Assembly (NCBI RefSeq): GCF_902713615.1
Contig: NC_052147.1
Span: 12,225,664 to 12,289,663 of the forward strand
DNA from: Scyliorhinus canicula
Taxonomy: Eukaryota
DNA: 64,000 bases
Direction: 5' to 3'
The stretch's first letter is position 1. Each line of letters begins with the position of its first letter. Under the pieces are notes generated by a model. That model was not told the origin of the DNA, did no database searches, and saw nothing but the letters and a program-made list of their open reading frames with translations. This document shows, piece by piece, positions 1 to 10,406 of this stretch. The position numbers and the translations under genes were made by a program.

Positions 1-130
1 CAGGGCTAGGGCCCCAACTGTTCACAGTTTATGTCACTGATTTTGATCATGGGTCCATAGGTTTGGTTGTGAAATTTGCTGACAACAGCAAGATAGGTCG
101 GAAAGGACATTAGGCGTTTACAGAAAGATA
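1..130 (+). mobile_element. Degraded CR1 LINE reverse-transcriptase fragment
   Basis: CTAGGGCCCCAACTGTTCACAGTTTAT (LGPQLFTVY) and AAATTTGCTGACAAC (KFAD-like) resemble the RT motifs of the better-preserved CR1 at 25276-26044. Confidence 0.6.
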
Positions 131-142
131 TAGGAAGCGTGA

Positions 143-310
143 AGCCGATCCACCTAACCTGCGCATCTTTTTGGGTTGTGGGGGCGAAATCCACGCAGAC
201 ACTGGGAGAATGTGCAAACTCCACACGGACAGTGACCCAGGGCTGGGATCGAACCTGGGTCCTCGGTGCCGTGAGGCAGTTGTGCAAACCACTGCGCCGC
301 CTTGCTGCCC
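143..310 (-). mobile_element. V-SINE/HE1-like SINE, short subfamily (5' part)
   Basis: Reverse complement of the 352-516 copy: tRNA-like head plus GGGTCACTGTCCGTGTGGAGTTTGCAC core. Confidence 0.85.
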
Positions 311-351
311 GGAGATTCAAGCATTAAGTAAATTTAAGAATAAAAATGAAA

Positions 352-578
352 GGGCAGCACGGTGGCGCAGTGGTTAGCACTGCTGCCTCACGGCGCTGAA
401 GTTCCAGGTTTGATCCCGGCCCTGGGTCACTGTCCGTGTGGAGTTTGCACATTGTCCCCGTGTCTGCGTGGGTTTCCCCCCGCAACCCAAAGATGTGCAG
501 GCTAGGTGGATTGGCCACGCTAAATTACCCCTAAAAAATTGGAAAAAATGAATTGGGCACTCTAAATTTAAAAAAAAG
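352..578 (+). mobile_element. V-SINE/HE1-like SINE, short subfamily ending in an A-rich tail
   Basis: A box (GTGGCGCAGTGGTTAGC), B box (GGTTTGATCCC), V-type core, ends AATTGGGCACTCTAAATTTAAAAAAAA with no CR1 tail. Confidence 0.9.
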
Positions 579-804
579 ATTAAAAATGTAAGTGGGATAA
601 AGTAAAGAATTGGATAAAAGTGGAACTGACACGAGTTTGGGTGTTTTTGATTTGTGAATTAACGCAGCAGTAGGAAAACAAGTGTTTACCCAATCGACTA
701 GGGGGTGAACAATGGAGCATGGAATTAAGTGTTAGAACTGTGGAAGGGGCCAGTTCAAAGTGGAGAGATAAGAAAATAATTTGCACCTGTATGCTAAAAT
801 AATG

Positions 805-1301
805 GGGCGCGATTCTCCGCAAATGCGGAGAGTCGTAAAGGCTGGCGTGAAACTGGCCGTGTTTCACGGCAGCCTCCGCGCCCCCTCCCGGGACCCGATT
901 CTCCCCCCCGGGCGGGGCTAGCAGCGCGGCCCCGCGAAGCACGGCATCGCGGCCTTAGCGACGGTCGCTACGCCCGCGCGCCAAGCATCACGGTGGCTGA
1001 CGCGCACGATGACGTGGTGCGGCCATGCCAATCGGTGCCATGGTTGTCCGGAATGGCACTTTGCGGCCGTTTTCACGAACGGTGAGAGCAGGTGTGTTTG
1101 CGTTCGTGAAAACGGCCTTAAAGGCCTGGGAACTCGGCCCATCGGCCTGGGGAGAATCGCTGTTCGCCGTAAAAAACGGCGAGCAGCGATTTGTGTCGTG
1201 GGGCGGCCGTGGGGGGGGAGAATAGCGGGAGGTCGGGAAAAATGTCGGGAAGGCCCTCCCGCTATTCTCCGACCCGTCGTGGGCAGCGGAGAATCGCGCC
1301 C
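805..1301. mobile_element. CpG-rich MITE, PIF/Harbinger-like
   Basis: Perfect 16-bp TIR GGGCGCGATTCTCCGC...GCGGAGAATCGCGCCC; flanks ATG/CTG (near 3-bp TSD); opposite-orientation relative of 33646-34384. Confidence 0.8.
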
Positions 1302-1344
1302 CTGGTTCTTGAGATAGGGTAACATCAAAGGGAAAACAAACAGT

Positions 1345-1519
1345 GGGGTGAATTCTCCACTGGTAGGATTTACCCGTTCCAGCGGCAGCGCACCCCCGCC
1401 CATGGGTTTCTCACCGGCATGGATTACCAACATTGGCCGGCGGTGGGAATGGAGAATCCCACTGCCAGCGACGGCACACCGCCGAGGAACACACGGCTGG
1501 GGAGGCAGTGAATTGACCC
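1345..1519. mobile_element. Short degraded MITE of the same TIR class
   Basis: GGGGTGAATTCTCC...GAATTGACCC ends; internally similar to 8124-8290 and 59594-59781. Confidence 0.55.
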
Positions 1520-1907
1520 AGTATCCATAGCAGGGTGACTGAGTACAGAAGGAGAGGAGAAAAAGGGGAGAGCTATTTAACAGCACCTACCATAGCCTCG
1601 CCCAGCTGGACGAAGCAGGTGCTCCTGAAAACAGGTTGGTGCTGAAAGCTGCTGATTTAGAAACTCTCAAAGTGAAGAATCGCGACATTGAACTGAAGAA
1701 AGGTTCCCCCAAACTCTAAAAATAACCTGCAACACCAAGTTACCCTTCTGGCTTTTGGAACACCCTCACATATAACATCAGCGGGGTTCTGAACAATACA
1801 TGAAGAGCAAGAGAATGATTGAGGAACAGGCAAGGCCAATCAGTGACCATAGAGTTAACTTGTGTATGGAGGCACAAGATGCCGACTCTGTTCTTAATGA
1901 ATACGTT

Positions 1908-2528
1908 GGGCGCAATTCTCCCCCCCCCCCCCACCCACGCCGGGTGGGAGAATCGCGGGGGCGCCGGGCGAATCCTGCCATGCCGCCCCGGCACCCGCAC
2001 GCGATTCCCCCACACCCCCCAAAAACGGCGCGCCGGGATTTATGGATGGAGAATCAGATGGGCCGAGCGGCCTGCCCAATACGACGGGTTCACACCGGTG
2101 CCAACCACACCTGGTCGCTGCCGGCATGAACAGCGCGTGAACGCTGCGGAGGTGGCCTGTGGGGGGGGGGGGGGGAGGGAGGATCGAGCACAGAAGGGGT
2201 CTGGCCCGCGATCGGTGCCCACCGAATGGCGGGCCAGCGTCTCTGAAGGACGCACTCTTTTACTCCGCCGCCCCGCAAGATCACTCCTCCATTTCTGGCA
2301 GGGAGTCCGTGGGGAGGACGGTAACCTGCCCATGCCCGGTTGACGTCATTTACGCGGCGCCGCTTTTATGCGGCGCCAAGGCCCGGCGTACGTAAATGAC
2401 GTGTCGCCGCTCCTAGCCCCCTGGAGGTGGGAGAATAGGGGCGAGGAGCGGCCTCCGACGCCGGAGTGAAACACTCCGTTTTTCACTCCGGCGTCGGCAC
2501 TTAGTTTCCCGTTGGGAGAATCCCGCCC
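1908..2528. mobile_element. CpG-rich MITE, PIF/Harbinger-like
   Basis: TIR GGGCGCAATTCTCC...GGAGAATCCCGCCC; exact 3-bp TSD GTT at 1905-1907 and 2529-2531. Confidence 0.85.
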
Positions 2529-2779
2529 GTTGTGTCTGTTTTCACAAAAGAGAGACAAAGTAGACACTGTAGATAAGGAGGAAGAATGTAAAATCTTGGA
2601 TTGCATAAGCATAGTGAGGGAGGAAATGCGAAAGTTTTTAGCATCCTTACAAGATGATTACTCATCAGATGCAGATGAAATGTATCCTGTGACTAGCGGA
2701 AACCAGGGAAGAAATCATGGGGTGAGTCGAAGGCAGATTCAGTTGTGCCTTTCAAAAGCAGATTGGATAAGGGCCTGAA

Positions 2780-3128
2780 GGGAAAGCCTGGCATAGTGGT
2801 ACTGTCACTGGACTAGTAATCCAGAGACCCAGGGTCATGCTCGAGGGTCCCAGGTTCAAATCCTGACACTGTGGATGGTGAAATTTGAATTCAATAAAAA
2901 CCTGGGATTAAAGGTCCACTGATGACCACGAAACCATTGTCGATTGTTGTAAAAACACATCTGCTTCACTAATGCCCATTAGGGAAGGAAATCTGCCAGC
3001 CTTACCCGTGACTCCAGACCACACAGCAATGTGGGTGACTCTTAACTGCCCTCTCAAGGACAATTAGGGATGGGCAATAAAAGCTGGCCCAGTCTGCGAT
3101 GTTCACGTCCCACAAAACGAATAAGAAA
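2780..3128 (+). mobile_element. tRNA-head SINE, family B
   Basis: TGGCATAGTGGT A box, GGTTCAAATCC B box, tail CAATTAGGGATGGGCAATAAAAGCTGGCC shared with the LINE 3' end at 47650-47740; other copies at 11810, 14515, 23085, 62012. Confidence 0.8.
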
Positions 3129-4454
3129 AGGTGAAGGATTGAAATGGCAGAGAGCTGGCTCAGACCTCAAGGGCTTTCTCTGCTGTACCCATTTCATGGT
3201 TCGAATGACGCCAGTAATTAATTCCTGATTTTTAAACACTGAACCCAAATTTTCAAACAGTGGTGGTGGGATTTGAACGCGTGCTCCCTGGGTTCGTAGC
3301 CCAGATCTTTTGGATTGCTGACTTTGTTTCCACTCATCAGGCGGACGTGGGTGTCACTGGTAAACATTTATTGGCCACCTCCCCTTTGCGTTTGCCTTAT
3401 TTAATTGGCCGATTTTAAGTTAGCCCAGCTGCTCAACTGGGACTTGAACTCCTGCCTCTTGGAGTTTTAGCCCAGGACACGGGCCTGCGAGTCCGGCAGC
3501 GCGGCCTACCACACCAGCACACCAATTAGTGCTAATCGAACCCTGGCAATCTCGCAGGGCCTTTTTTTTGCCGCACAAGCATTAAAAAACTATCTCATGG
3601 TGGATGCGATCGAGCCAACTGCCCTGGAACTGAGTAAAAGAGGAATGTGTTGGCAAGTTCAAGAATGGATTGACATTTGGCAGAGGATAGATAGCAAGGA
3701 GCAATTCAAGAGCGCATGGTATTTATTTTAGCTTTGGGACTGGCCAGATGGTCTGTGGAAGTCCTGCGTGTTCCTACATTATTTATAGTGCCCAAATCCG
3801 CACAGTATTGGCATTATAGCTGATATTTTGTATCCATTTTTAATATTTTAACACCTATGATGATGACTCCAATTTCTACGTTTATTTTTAAACCTGTTTA
3901 CTGGCAGAAAGTGTCACATTACAACTTCGGCTCTGATCCCAACACCGACACCCAATGGTAAGTGCGGCTTAGAGTATCCAGAACGGTCTGACACGCGGCT
4001 TCTAATGAAAACCCTTGTCACTACAATATGCAAATCAGAAGTTGGCAAGTAATGTGCAGGCTTCGCACTGTATGATCAGTCATAGTAGACATTTGTCACA
4101 ATAGAAACTGGATGGCTGACAGTCTGTAATTTGCATTATAACTCGCGCCGACAACGACCTTCAAAGCGAGTTAGGGAAAGGCAATTCTTCAGCAACAGTC
4201 AGGCTAGTTATTAATTATGGCTTGCTTCATAATTGGGACTCGGAGGGCCTGGTGTTTGGGCGATGCGGAAGATTTAAGGAATGGAGGTGTTTTGAAGAAG
4301 GGGACTGGGGTGGCCTGGCCTGCCCCTGACCGAAAGGCCCGAGGTTGCGAGGACCACTTCAGGATCCAACAACAAAAACAAAACAGCCACTGGGTGCCGG
4401 CAAGTCAGGTGTGTGTGGGTGCTGGCCCCGCAGCCTGGTGTGGAAATCACCCAC

Positions 4455-4632
4455 AAAGTGAAAGTGAAAGTGAAAATCGCTTATTGTCACGAGTAGGCTT
4501 CAATGAAGTTACTGTGAAAAGCCCCTAGTCGCCACATTCCGGTGCCTGTCCGGGGAAGCTGGTACGGGAATCAAACTGTGCTGCTGGCCTGCTTTCAAAG
4601 CCAGCGATTTAGCCCTGTGCCAAACAGCCCCT
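4455..4632 (-). mobile_element. Short tRNA-head SINE with tail C
   Basis: Minus strand: GGGGCTGTTTGGCACAGGGCTAAATCGC head, then GGAATGTGGCGACTAGGGGCTTTTCACAGTAACTTCATTG tail ending (TTTCAC)n; close to 45803-45984. Confidence 0.8.
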
Positions 4633-4762
4633 GGGCAGCCGGCTGGAAAATAAAACACCCGCCTGGAAAAAAACACCCCCCCCCCGCCAAATCCAAAATA
4701 ATCATGGCTGGTATGAAGGTGAAAATTTCAAAATGGAGATTGACAGATTCTTTTCCGAGAGA

Positions 4763-5085
4763 GGGCAGCACGGTGACACGGTGGTTAGCACTGCTGCCTC
4801 AAAGCGCCAGGGATCCGGGTTCAATTCCAGCCTCGGGTGACTGTCTGTGCCTGCCCGTGTCGGCGTGGGTTTCCTCCGGCTGCACCCGTTTCCTCCCACA
4901 GTCCAAAGAAATGCAGGTTAGGTGAATTGGACATGCTAAATTGTCCCTTAGTATCTGCATGTGTAGATCAAGGGTGTTACGGGAATAGGGGAAGGGAGTA
5001 GGCCTAGGGAGGGTGTTCTTTCAGAGGGTCTGTGCAGGCTCGATGGGCCAAATGGCCTCCTTCTGCACTGCAGGAGTTCTATGAT
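4763..5085 (+). mobile_element. HE1-like V-SINE with CR1-type tail
   Basis: tRNA head, V core, tail CGATGGGCCAAATGGCCTCCTTCTGCACTG...TTCTATG. Confidence 0.9.
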
Positions 5086-5112
5086 AAAAAAAATTAAAAT
5101 AAAAAAAGTAAA

Positions 5113-5318
5113 AATCATCTTTATTGTCACAAATAGGCTAACATTAACCCGGCAATGAAGTTACTGTTAAAAGCCCCTAGTCGCCACATTCCGGCGCCTG
5201 TTCGGGTACACTGAGGGAGAATTCAAAATTCTCAGCTGGTATGGGAATTGAACCCGCGCTGCTGGCCTTGTTCTGCATCATAAACCAGCTGTCTAGCCCA
5301 CTGAACTAAACCAACCCT
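5113..5318 (-). mobile_element. Short tRNA-head SINE with extended tail C
   Basis: Same head as 4455-4632 but also carries the GAATTCTCCCTCAGTGTACCCGAACAGG segment seen in the tail-C V-SINE at 27982-28149. Confidence 0.75.
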
Positions 5319-6455
5319 TCTAAGCACGGGAAGGATGGTATTAAGCGATATAGAACAAAGGTAGGTAACTGGATTAAGATACAGATCAGCCACGATCTCA
5401 CTGAATAGCGAAACAGGCTTAAGGGGTTGAGCGGCCTAGTAACAGCTCAGGGAACTGACTGGGGATCGAGTGATGGGAATAACTACAAAGACATCTGTGC
5501 GCCAGTGGAAGCTGGAATTTCAGCATTGCCTTGCCAATGTATTAAGGAGATTGGCACATCTCCTCATTATTCAATGTTGCCTCATTGTGCCGATGCACCG
5601 ACGTTGTGCGAAGACCCTGCAGTTCAATAGCCTCCTCTCCATTGTGGGGGGTATGTTTGCATCGGGATATCAGTCAAGCAGCCACTTCCAGACAGCACTG
5701 CTGCCCCAGTTGGTCAGCTAGTTCAGCACAGACCCCGTGGGATCTTCCCAGTCCAGCTGGCTGAGATTCACATGGTGCAGTACATTTACCAACTGGACTA
5801 AATATTACTTTGTTTTATTAACCCATGAAGAGTAAGAGGGAATACACACCACAGAAACCAGGTCATTCTGCACAACTGGTCCATGGCTAGGTTTATGCTC
5901 TGCAGCGACCTTGACCCAGCTTTCCTCATCCAAACCCTTCAACATCTCCTTCTATCCCTTTCTCCCTCATGTGCTGAATGCCCTTAAATGCATCCATGCT
6001 ATTTTTCCAAATACCCCATGTGGTAACAGGCTCCACATTGAAATCACTCTTTGAGTAACCATGTTTTTATTTTTTGAATCCCCTATTGGATTTACTTGTG
6101 ACTGTCTTATGTTTGTGACCCTATCGTTGGGCCTGTTCCTGTGCTGTACTCTTCTTTGTTCTTTGAACTCAGCCAACCACTCGATCTTCTTGGGCTCTTT
6201 AGTCCGCACATACATGTGAACACCTGAATTAGGAGCAGGAGTAGGCCACTCGGCCCCTTGGGCCCGCTCTGCATTTAATAAGATCGTGGCTGAACAACCC
6301 CATATTCCTGCTGAGCCCGATAACCTTCCCCCCTCCCTTCCCCCTCTAACCTTTACCCCCCACCCCCTTGTTAATCAATAATCTACCTGGCTCTGCCTTA
6401 AAAACATTCAAAGACCGGAAGGCATTCAAGAACTCACCACCCTCTGAGAGACACC

Positions 6456-7927
6456 AGGCAGGATTCACTCAGCCCGGGGCCGGGCCGGAGAATACCCGTG
6501 ATCAGCGCAAATCGCGCCACGCCGCCCCGACGCCGGCGCCCAATCCCCGCAGAGCGGAGAATCGGCACCATTGGCGCCAGCGTGGTTGGCGTGGCGCTGG
6601 TCGGGATCCGCACTACACGGCCGACCCGCCGATTCTCGGCCCGGGATGGGCCAAGCGGCCGTCATAAATAACCCCGAGTCCCGTCGGCGCCGTTCACACC
6701 TGCTCTCAGCCGGCAGGACCTCGGTGTGGAAGGGTCTGGAAGCGGCCTGAGGAGGGGGGGGGCCCTCCGATGTGGCCTGGCCCGCGATCGGGGCCCACCG
6801 ATTGGTGGGCCGCCCTCTCTGGACGGAGGCCTCCTTTCTTCCACGCCGGCCCCTGTAGCCCGGCGGCATGTTGCATTGGGGCCGGCGCGGAGAAGGGAGC
6901 CACTGCGCATGTGCGCGTTGGTGCCGGTGCCATTGGGCATGCGGGTGTTGGTGCCGGTGCCATTGGGCATGCGGGTGTTGGTGCCGGTGCCATTGGGCAT
7001 GCGGGTGTTGGTGCCGGTGCCATTGGGCATGCGGGTGTTGGTGCCGGTGCCATTGGGCATGCGGGTGTTGGTGCCGGTGCCATTGGGCATGCCGCGTTGG
7101 TGCCGGTGCCATTGGGCATGCCGCGTTGGTGCCGGTGCCATTGGGCATGCCGCGTTGGTGCCGGTGCCATTGGGCATGCGGGTGTTGGTGCCGGTGCCGT
7201 TGGGCATGCGGGTGTTGGTGCCGGTGCCATTGGGCATGCGGGTGTTGGTGCCGGTGCCATTGGGCATGCGCGCGTTGGTGCCGGTGCCATTGGGCATGCG
7301 GGTGTTGGTGCCGGTGCCGTTGGGCATGCGGGTGTTGGTGCCGGTGCCATTGGGCATGCGGGTGTTGGTGCCGGTGCCATTGGGCATGCGCGCGTTGGTG
7401 CCGGTGCCATTGGGCATGCGGGTGTTGGTGGTGGTGCCATTGGGCATGCGGGTGTTGGTGCAGGTGCCATTGGGCATGCGGGTGTTGGTGCAGGTGCCAT
7501 TGGGCATGTGGGTGTTGGTGCCGGTGCCATTGGGCATGCATGTGTTGGTGCCGGTGCCATTGGGCATGCGCGCGTTGGTGCCGGTGCCATTGGGCATGCG
7601 GGTGTTGGTGCCGGTGCCATTGGGCATGCGCGCGTTGGTGCCGGTGCCATTGGGCATGCGGGTGTTGGTGCAGGTGCCATTGGCCATGCGGGTGTTGGTG
7701 CCGGTGCCATTGGGCATGCGCGCGTTGGTGCCGGTGCCATTGGGCATGTGCGGACCCCACGGCGCCCAGTTCACGCCAGGATCAGCAGTTGGATCGCTCC
7801 AGTGCTGTGGTGGGCCCCCTGTAGGGGCCAGAATTGCTGATCCTAAGGCCATGTTGAGCCCGTCGAGAAACACAACGGCGTTTCCGACGGCGTCAACACT
7901 TAGCCTCAGGATCACAGAATCCCGCCC
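6456..7927. mobile_element. PIF/Harbinger-like MITE carrying an internal minisatellite
   Basis: AGGCAGGATTC...GAATCCCGCCC ends, exact TSD ACC (6453-6455, 7928-7930), family palindrome GGCCCGCGATCGGGGCCCACCGAT at 6779. Confidence 0.8.
6899..7752. repeat. 30-bp minisatellite (GCGGGTGTTGGTGCCGGTGCCATTGGGCAT)n, about 28 units
   Basis: Direct tandem periodicity; three 29-bp units around 7091-7177 shift the register. Confidence 0.97.
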
Positions 7928-8123
7928 ACCATTCCTCCTCATCTCCGTCTTAAATGGGGGATAACCCCGTCCCGCCAGCCCCGTTTTCCGAAGCGCCGTT
8001 CCCGCAGCCGGCCTGTGGGATTTCCCATTGTGGGCCAGCCGGGATCCCGCAGACGGAGAATCCCACAGCTTATTTTTAAATAGCGATTCCCCAGTCCTAG
8101 ATTCTCCCACAAGAGGAAACATC

Positions 8124-8290
8124 GGGCTGGATTCTCCGCCAGCGGGATGCTCCCTTTTGCCGACAGCTCGGGGGTTTCCCGACGGCGTGGGGCTGCCCCA
8201 CAATGGGAAACCCCATTGACCAGCCGGCGTAATGGAGCATCCCGCCGGCCGTGCTGAAACAGAAATGTGGCGGGGCAGAGAATCCAGCCC
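8124..8290. mobile_element. Short MITE of the same TIR class
   Basis: GGGCTGGATTCTC...GAGAATCCAGCCC perfect 13-bp TIR; inserted in CR1 sequence; no clear TSD. Confidence 0.75.
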
Positions 8291-9147
8291 GGCTCTCCAC
8301 ATCCGCTCTGTCAAGACCCTTCAGGATCGTACATGTTTCAATCAAGTCGTCCCCTTACTCTTCTAAACTACAGCAGATATAAGCCCAGCCTGTCCAACAT
8401 TTCCTCATAGGACAACCTACCCAATCCAAGTATGAGTCCAGTAAACCCTCTCTGAACTGTTTCCAATGCATTTACATCTTTCAGATTAGTGCCCAAGTCT
8501 GCTCATTCTTCCTCGATAGTTGAAACGTTTCAGTTCTGGTATCATCGCCACAGATCTCGTTTTTTTTCCCCCCAAGCAAATTAGCTTCTGCCAAGAAAAA
8601 AAAAAGTTCCTTTGAATTAATTGCTTCAGATTTATGACTGATTATATGAAGACGACTTTGAGGCAACTTTATTACTTTTCATTCCAATTACATGACTGCA
8701 GTTGAGCCACTCAGGTGGCGACATTTTTGATGCTCCCCTCTTCCCTCGTGAAAAAAACCTTCATTAAAGTCGATTTTATTTAGAATGCTGAAAAAGAGAA
8801 CCCGATATCCTCGAGACAGCACAATCATTCGCTCAAGTAAACAGGATCAATGAATGCTAACTTGATTCTCCGGCCATGTCGTCTGCCTGTGGTGTTGGCC
8901 TGTGCTGTCACCTAACACAGTGAGAGCGAACGCACTCTTGAAAGACAGCATGCATGGCAGGCGGGTGGGAAATAGAGGGGGGGGGGGGGGAGGGGGCAAG
9001 AGATTTAAGGTAGTTGGCAAATGAACGAGAGGCGGGGAAATGTGGAAAAATATTTTAATGCATCCAGTTGTTCCGAAATGCCAGCAACCTCTTAAGGTTA
9101 ATCTTAAAAGGGAATTGGACAGAGGATCATAGATTACCTGACAGCGA

Positions 9148-9362
9148 GGGTGGCATCGTGGCACAACGGTTAGCACTGCTGCCTCATGGCGCTGAGGTCC
9201 CAGGTTCGATCCCGGCCCCGGGTCACTGTCCGTGTGGAGTTTGCACATTCTCCCCGTGACTGCGTGGGTCTCACCCCCACAACCCAAAGGTGTGCGGGGT
9301 AGGTGGATTGGCCCCTTAAATTGGAAACAAATAATTGGGTACTCTAAATTTTTTTTTAAAAA
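9148..9362 (+). mobile_element. V-SINE short subfamily
   Basis: Same head, core and AATTGGGTACTCTAAATT end as 352-578. Confidence 0.85.
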
Positions 9363-10032
9363 AGATTCCCTACAGGGCAGCTGAAGGCCATTCGGCCCAT
9401 CGAGTCTGCACCGACCCTCTGCTAGAGCGCCCCAGCCAGGCCTACTCCCCCCACCCTCTCCCCGTAACTCCACCTCACCTTTTGGACACCAGTGGGCAAT
9501 ATAGCCTGGCCAATCCATCTAACCTGCACATAGGGGCAGCAGGGTAGCATGGTGGTTAGCATAAATGCTTCACAGCTCCAGGGTCCCAGGTTCGATTCCC
9601 GGCTGGGTCACTGTCTGTGTGGAGTCTGCACGTCCTCCCCCTGTGTGCGTGGGTTTCCTCCGGGTGCTCCGGTTTCCTCCCACAGTCCAAAGATGTGCGG
9701 GTTAGGTGGATTGGCCATGCTAAATTGCCCGTAGTGTCCTAATAAAAGTAAGGATAAGGCGGGGTTGTTGGGTTACGGATATAAGGTGGATTCGTGGGTT
9801 TGAGTAGGGTGATCATGGCTCGGCACAACATTGAGGACCGAAGGGCCTGTTCTGTGCTGTATGTTCTATGTTCTATCTTTGGATTGTGGGAGGAAACCGG
9901 AGCACCCGGGAGGAAACCCACGCGGACAGGAGGAGAGAAAGTGCAAACTCCACACGGAAACTCCATACGGACAGTTACCCAAGGGACGGAACGGAACCCA
10001 GGTCCCTGGCGCTGTGAGGCCAACGTGCTGCC
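9363..10032 (-). mobile_element. HE1-like V-SINE split by a younger SINE
   Basis: 3' half at 9363-9531 and 5' half at 9875-10032 rejoin to the consensus AACCTGCACATCTTTGG. Confidence 0.8.
9534..9876 (+). mobile_element. V-SINE with tail B
   Basis: Head and core as HE1; tail CCGAAGGGCCTGTTCTGTGCTGTATGTTCTATGTTCTAT; near-identical to 29390-29716. Confidence 0.9.
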
Positions 10033-10274
10033 CTTGGCCTATACTTGAAGAAGAATGGGTTTGCGGGGTGGAGGGGGGGAAAGTGCGGCGTGGTCGCGGG
10101 GGGCCGGGGTGGGGGGTGAGGTGGGGATGAATTGGAGAACTTTTTTCAAAGAGCAGCCACAGGATTGAGAGGCTGTGACGGTGTTCGTCTATTAAAACCC
10201 CACAATCCATCACCCCCTCTCCACTCCAACACCCCCCCCCCCCCCCCCCCCCCCCGGCCTGTGTTTTTTTTTAC

Positions 10275-10406
10275 CTCTCCATTCACCTGAGGAAGGAGCT
10301 GCGCCTCGAAAGCTCGTGTTTGAAACAAACCTGTTGGACTTTAACCTGGTGTTGTTAGACTTCTCACTGTGCTCACCCCAGTCCAACGCCGGCATCTCCA
10401 CATCAT
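10275..10406 (+). mobile_element. Penelope-like element terminal fragment
   Basis: Contains a minimal hammerhead motif followed by AAACCTGTTGGACTTTAACCTGGTGTTG; family assignment is from memory of shark repeats. Confidence 0.6.
10284..10318 (+). ncRNA. Minimal type I hammerhead ribozyme motif
   Basis: CAC-CUGAGGA-A-GGAGCUGCGCCUC-GAAA-GC-UC-GUG: CUGANGA and GAAA cores, CAC/GUG stem I, imperfect stem II, AGCU in place of stem III. Confidence 0.6.

Larger units (their letters stand above)
6225..8480 (-). mobile_element. CR1 LINE 3' fragment interrupted by MITE insertions
   Basis: CR1 3' UTR (AGGAGCAGGAGTAGGCCACTCGGCCCC) at 6231; LINE sequence resumes at 7931, ~8065 and 8291 between MITEs; ORF 8097-8345 begins IETCTILKGLDRADVE (CR1 ORF2 C-terminus-like). 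Confidence 0.75.

Noticed and set aside
352-425. tRNA gene
   Set aside because: A/B boxes run straight into the SINE core; these are SINE heads throughout the window.
3320-3345. CTGATGA hammerhead-like core on the minus strand
   Set aside because: No stem II or downstream stem I arm can be formed; at most a scrap of family P2.
6465-8314. Six overlapping ORFs of 318-550 aa (AGAIGHAGVG, HAQWHRHQHP, CWCRCHWACG repeats) resembling structural or metal-binding proteins
   Set aside because: A 30-bp unit with no stop in any frame opens all six frames; the array lies inside a MITE within a LINE.
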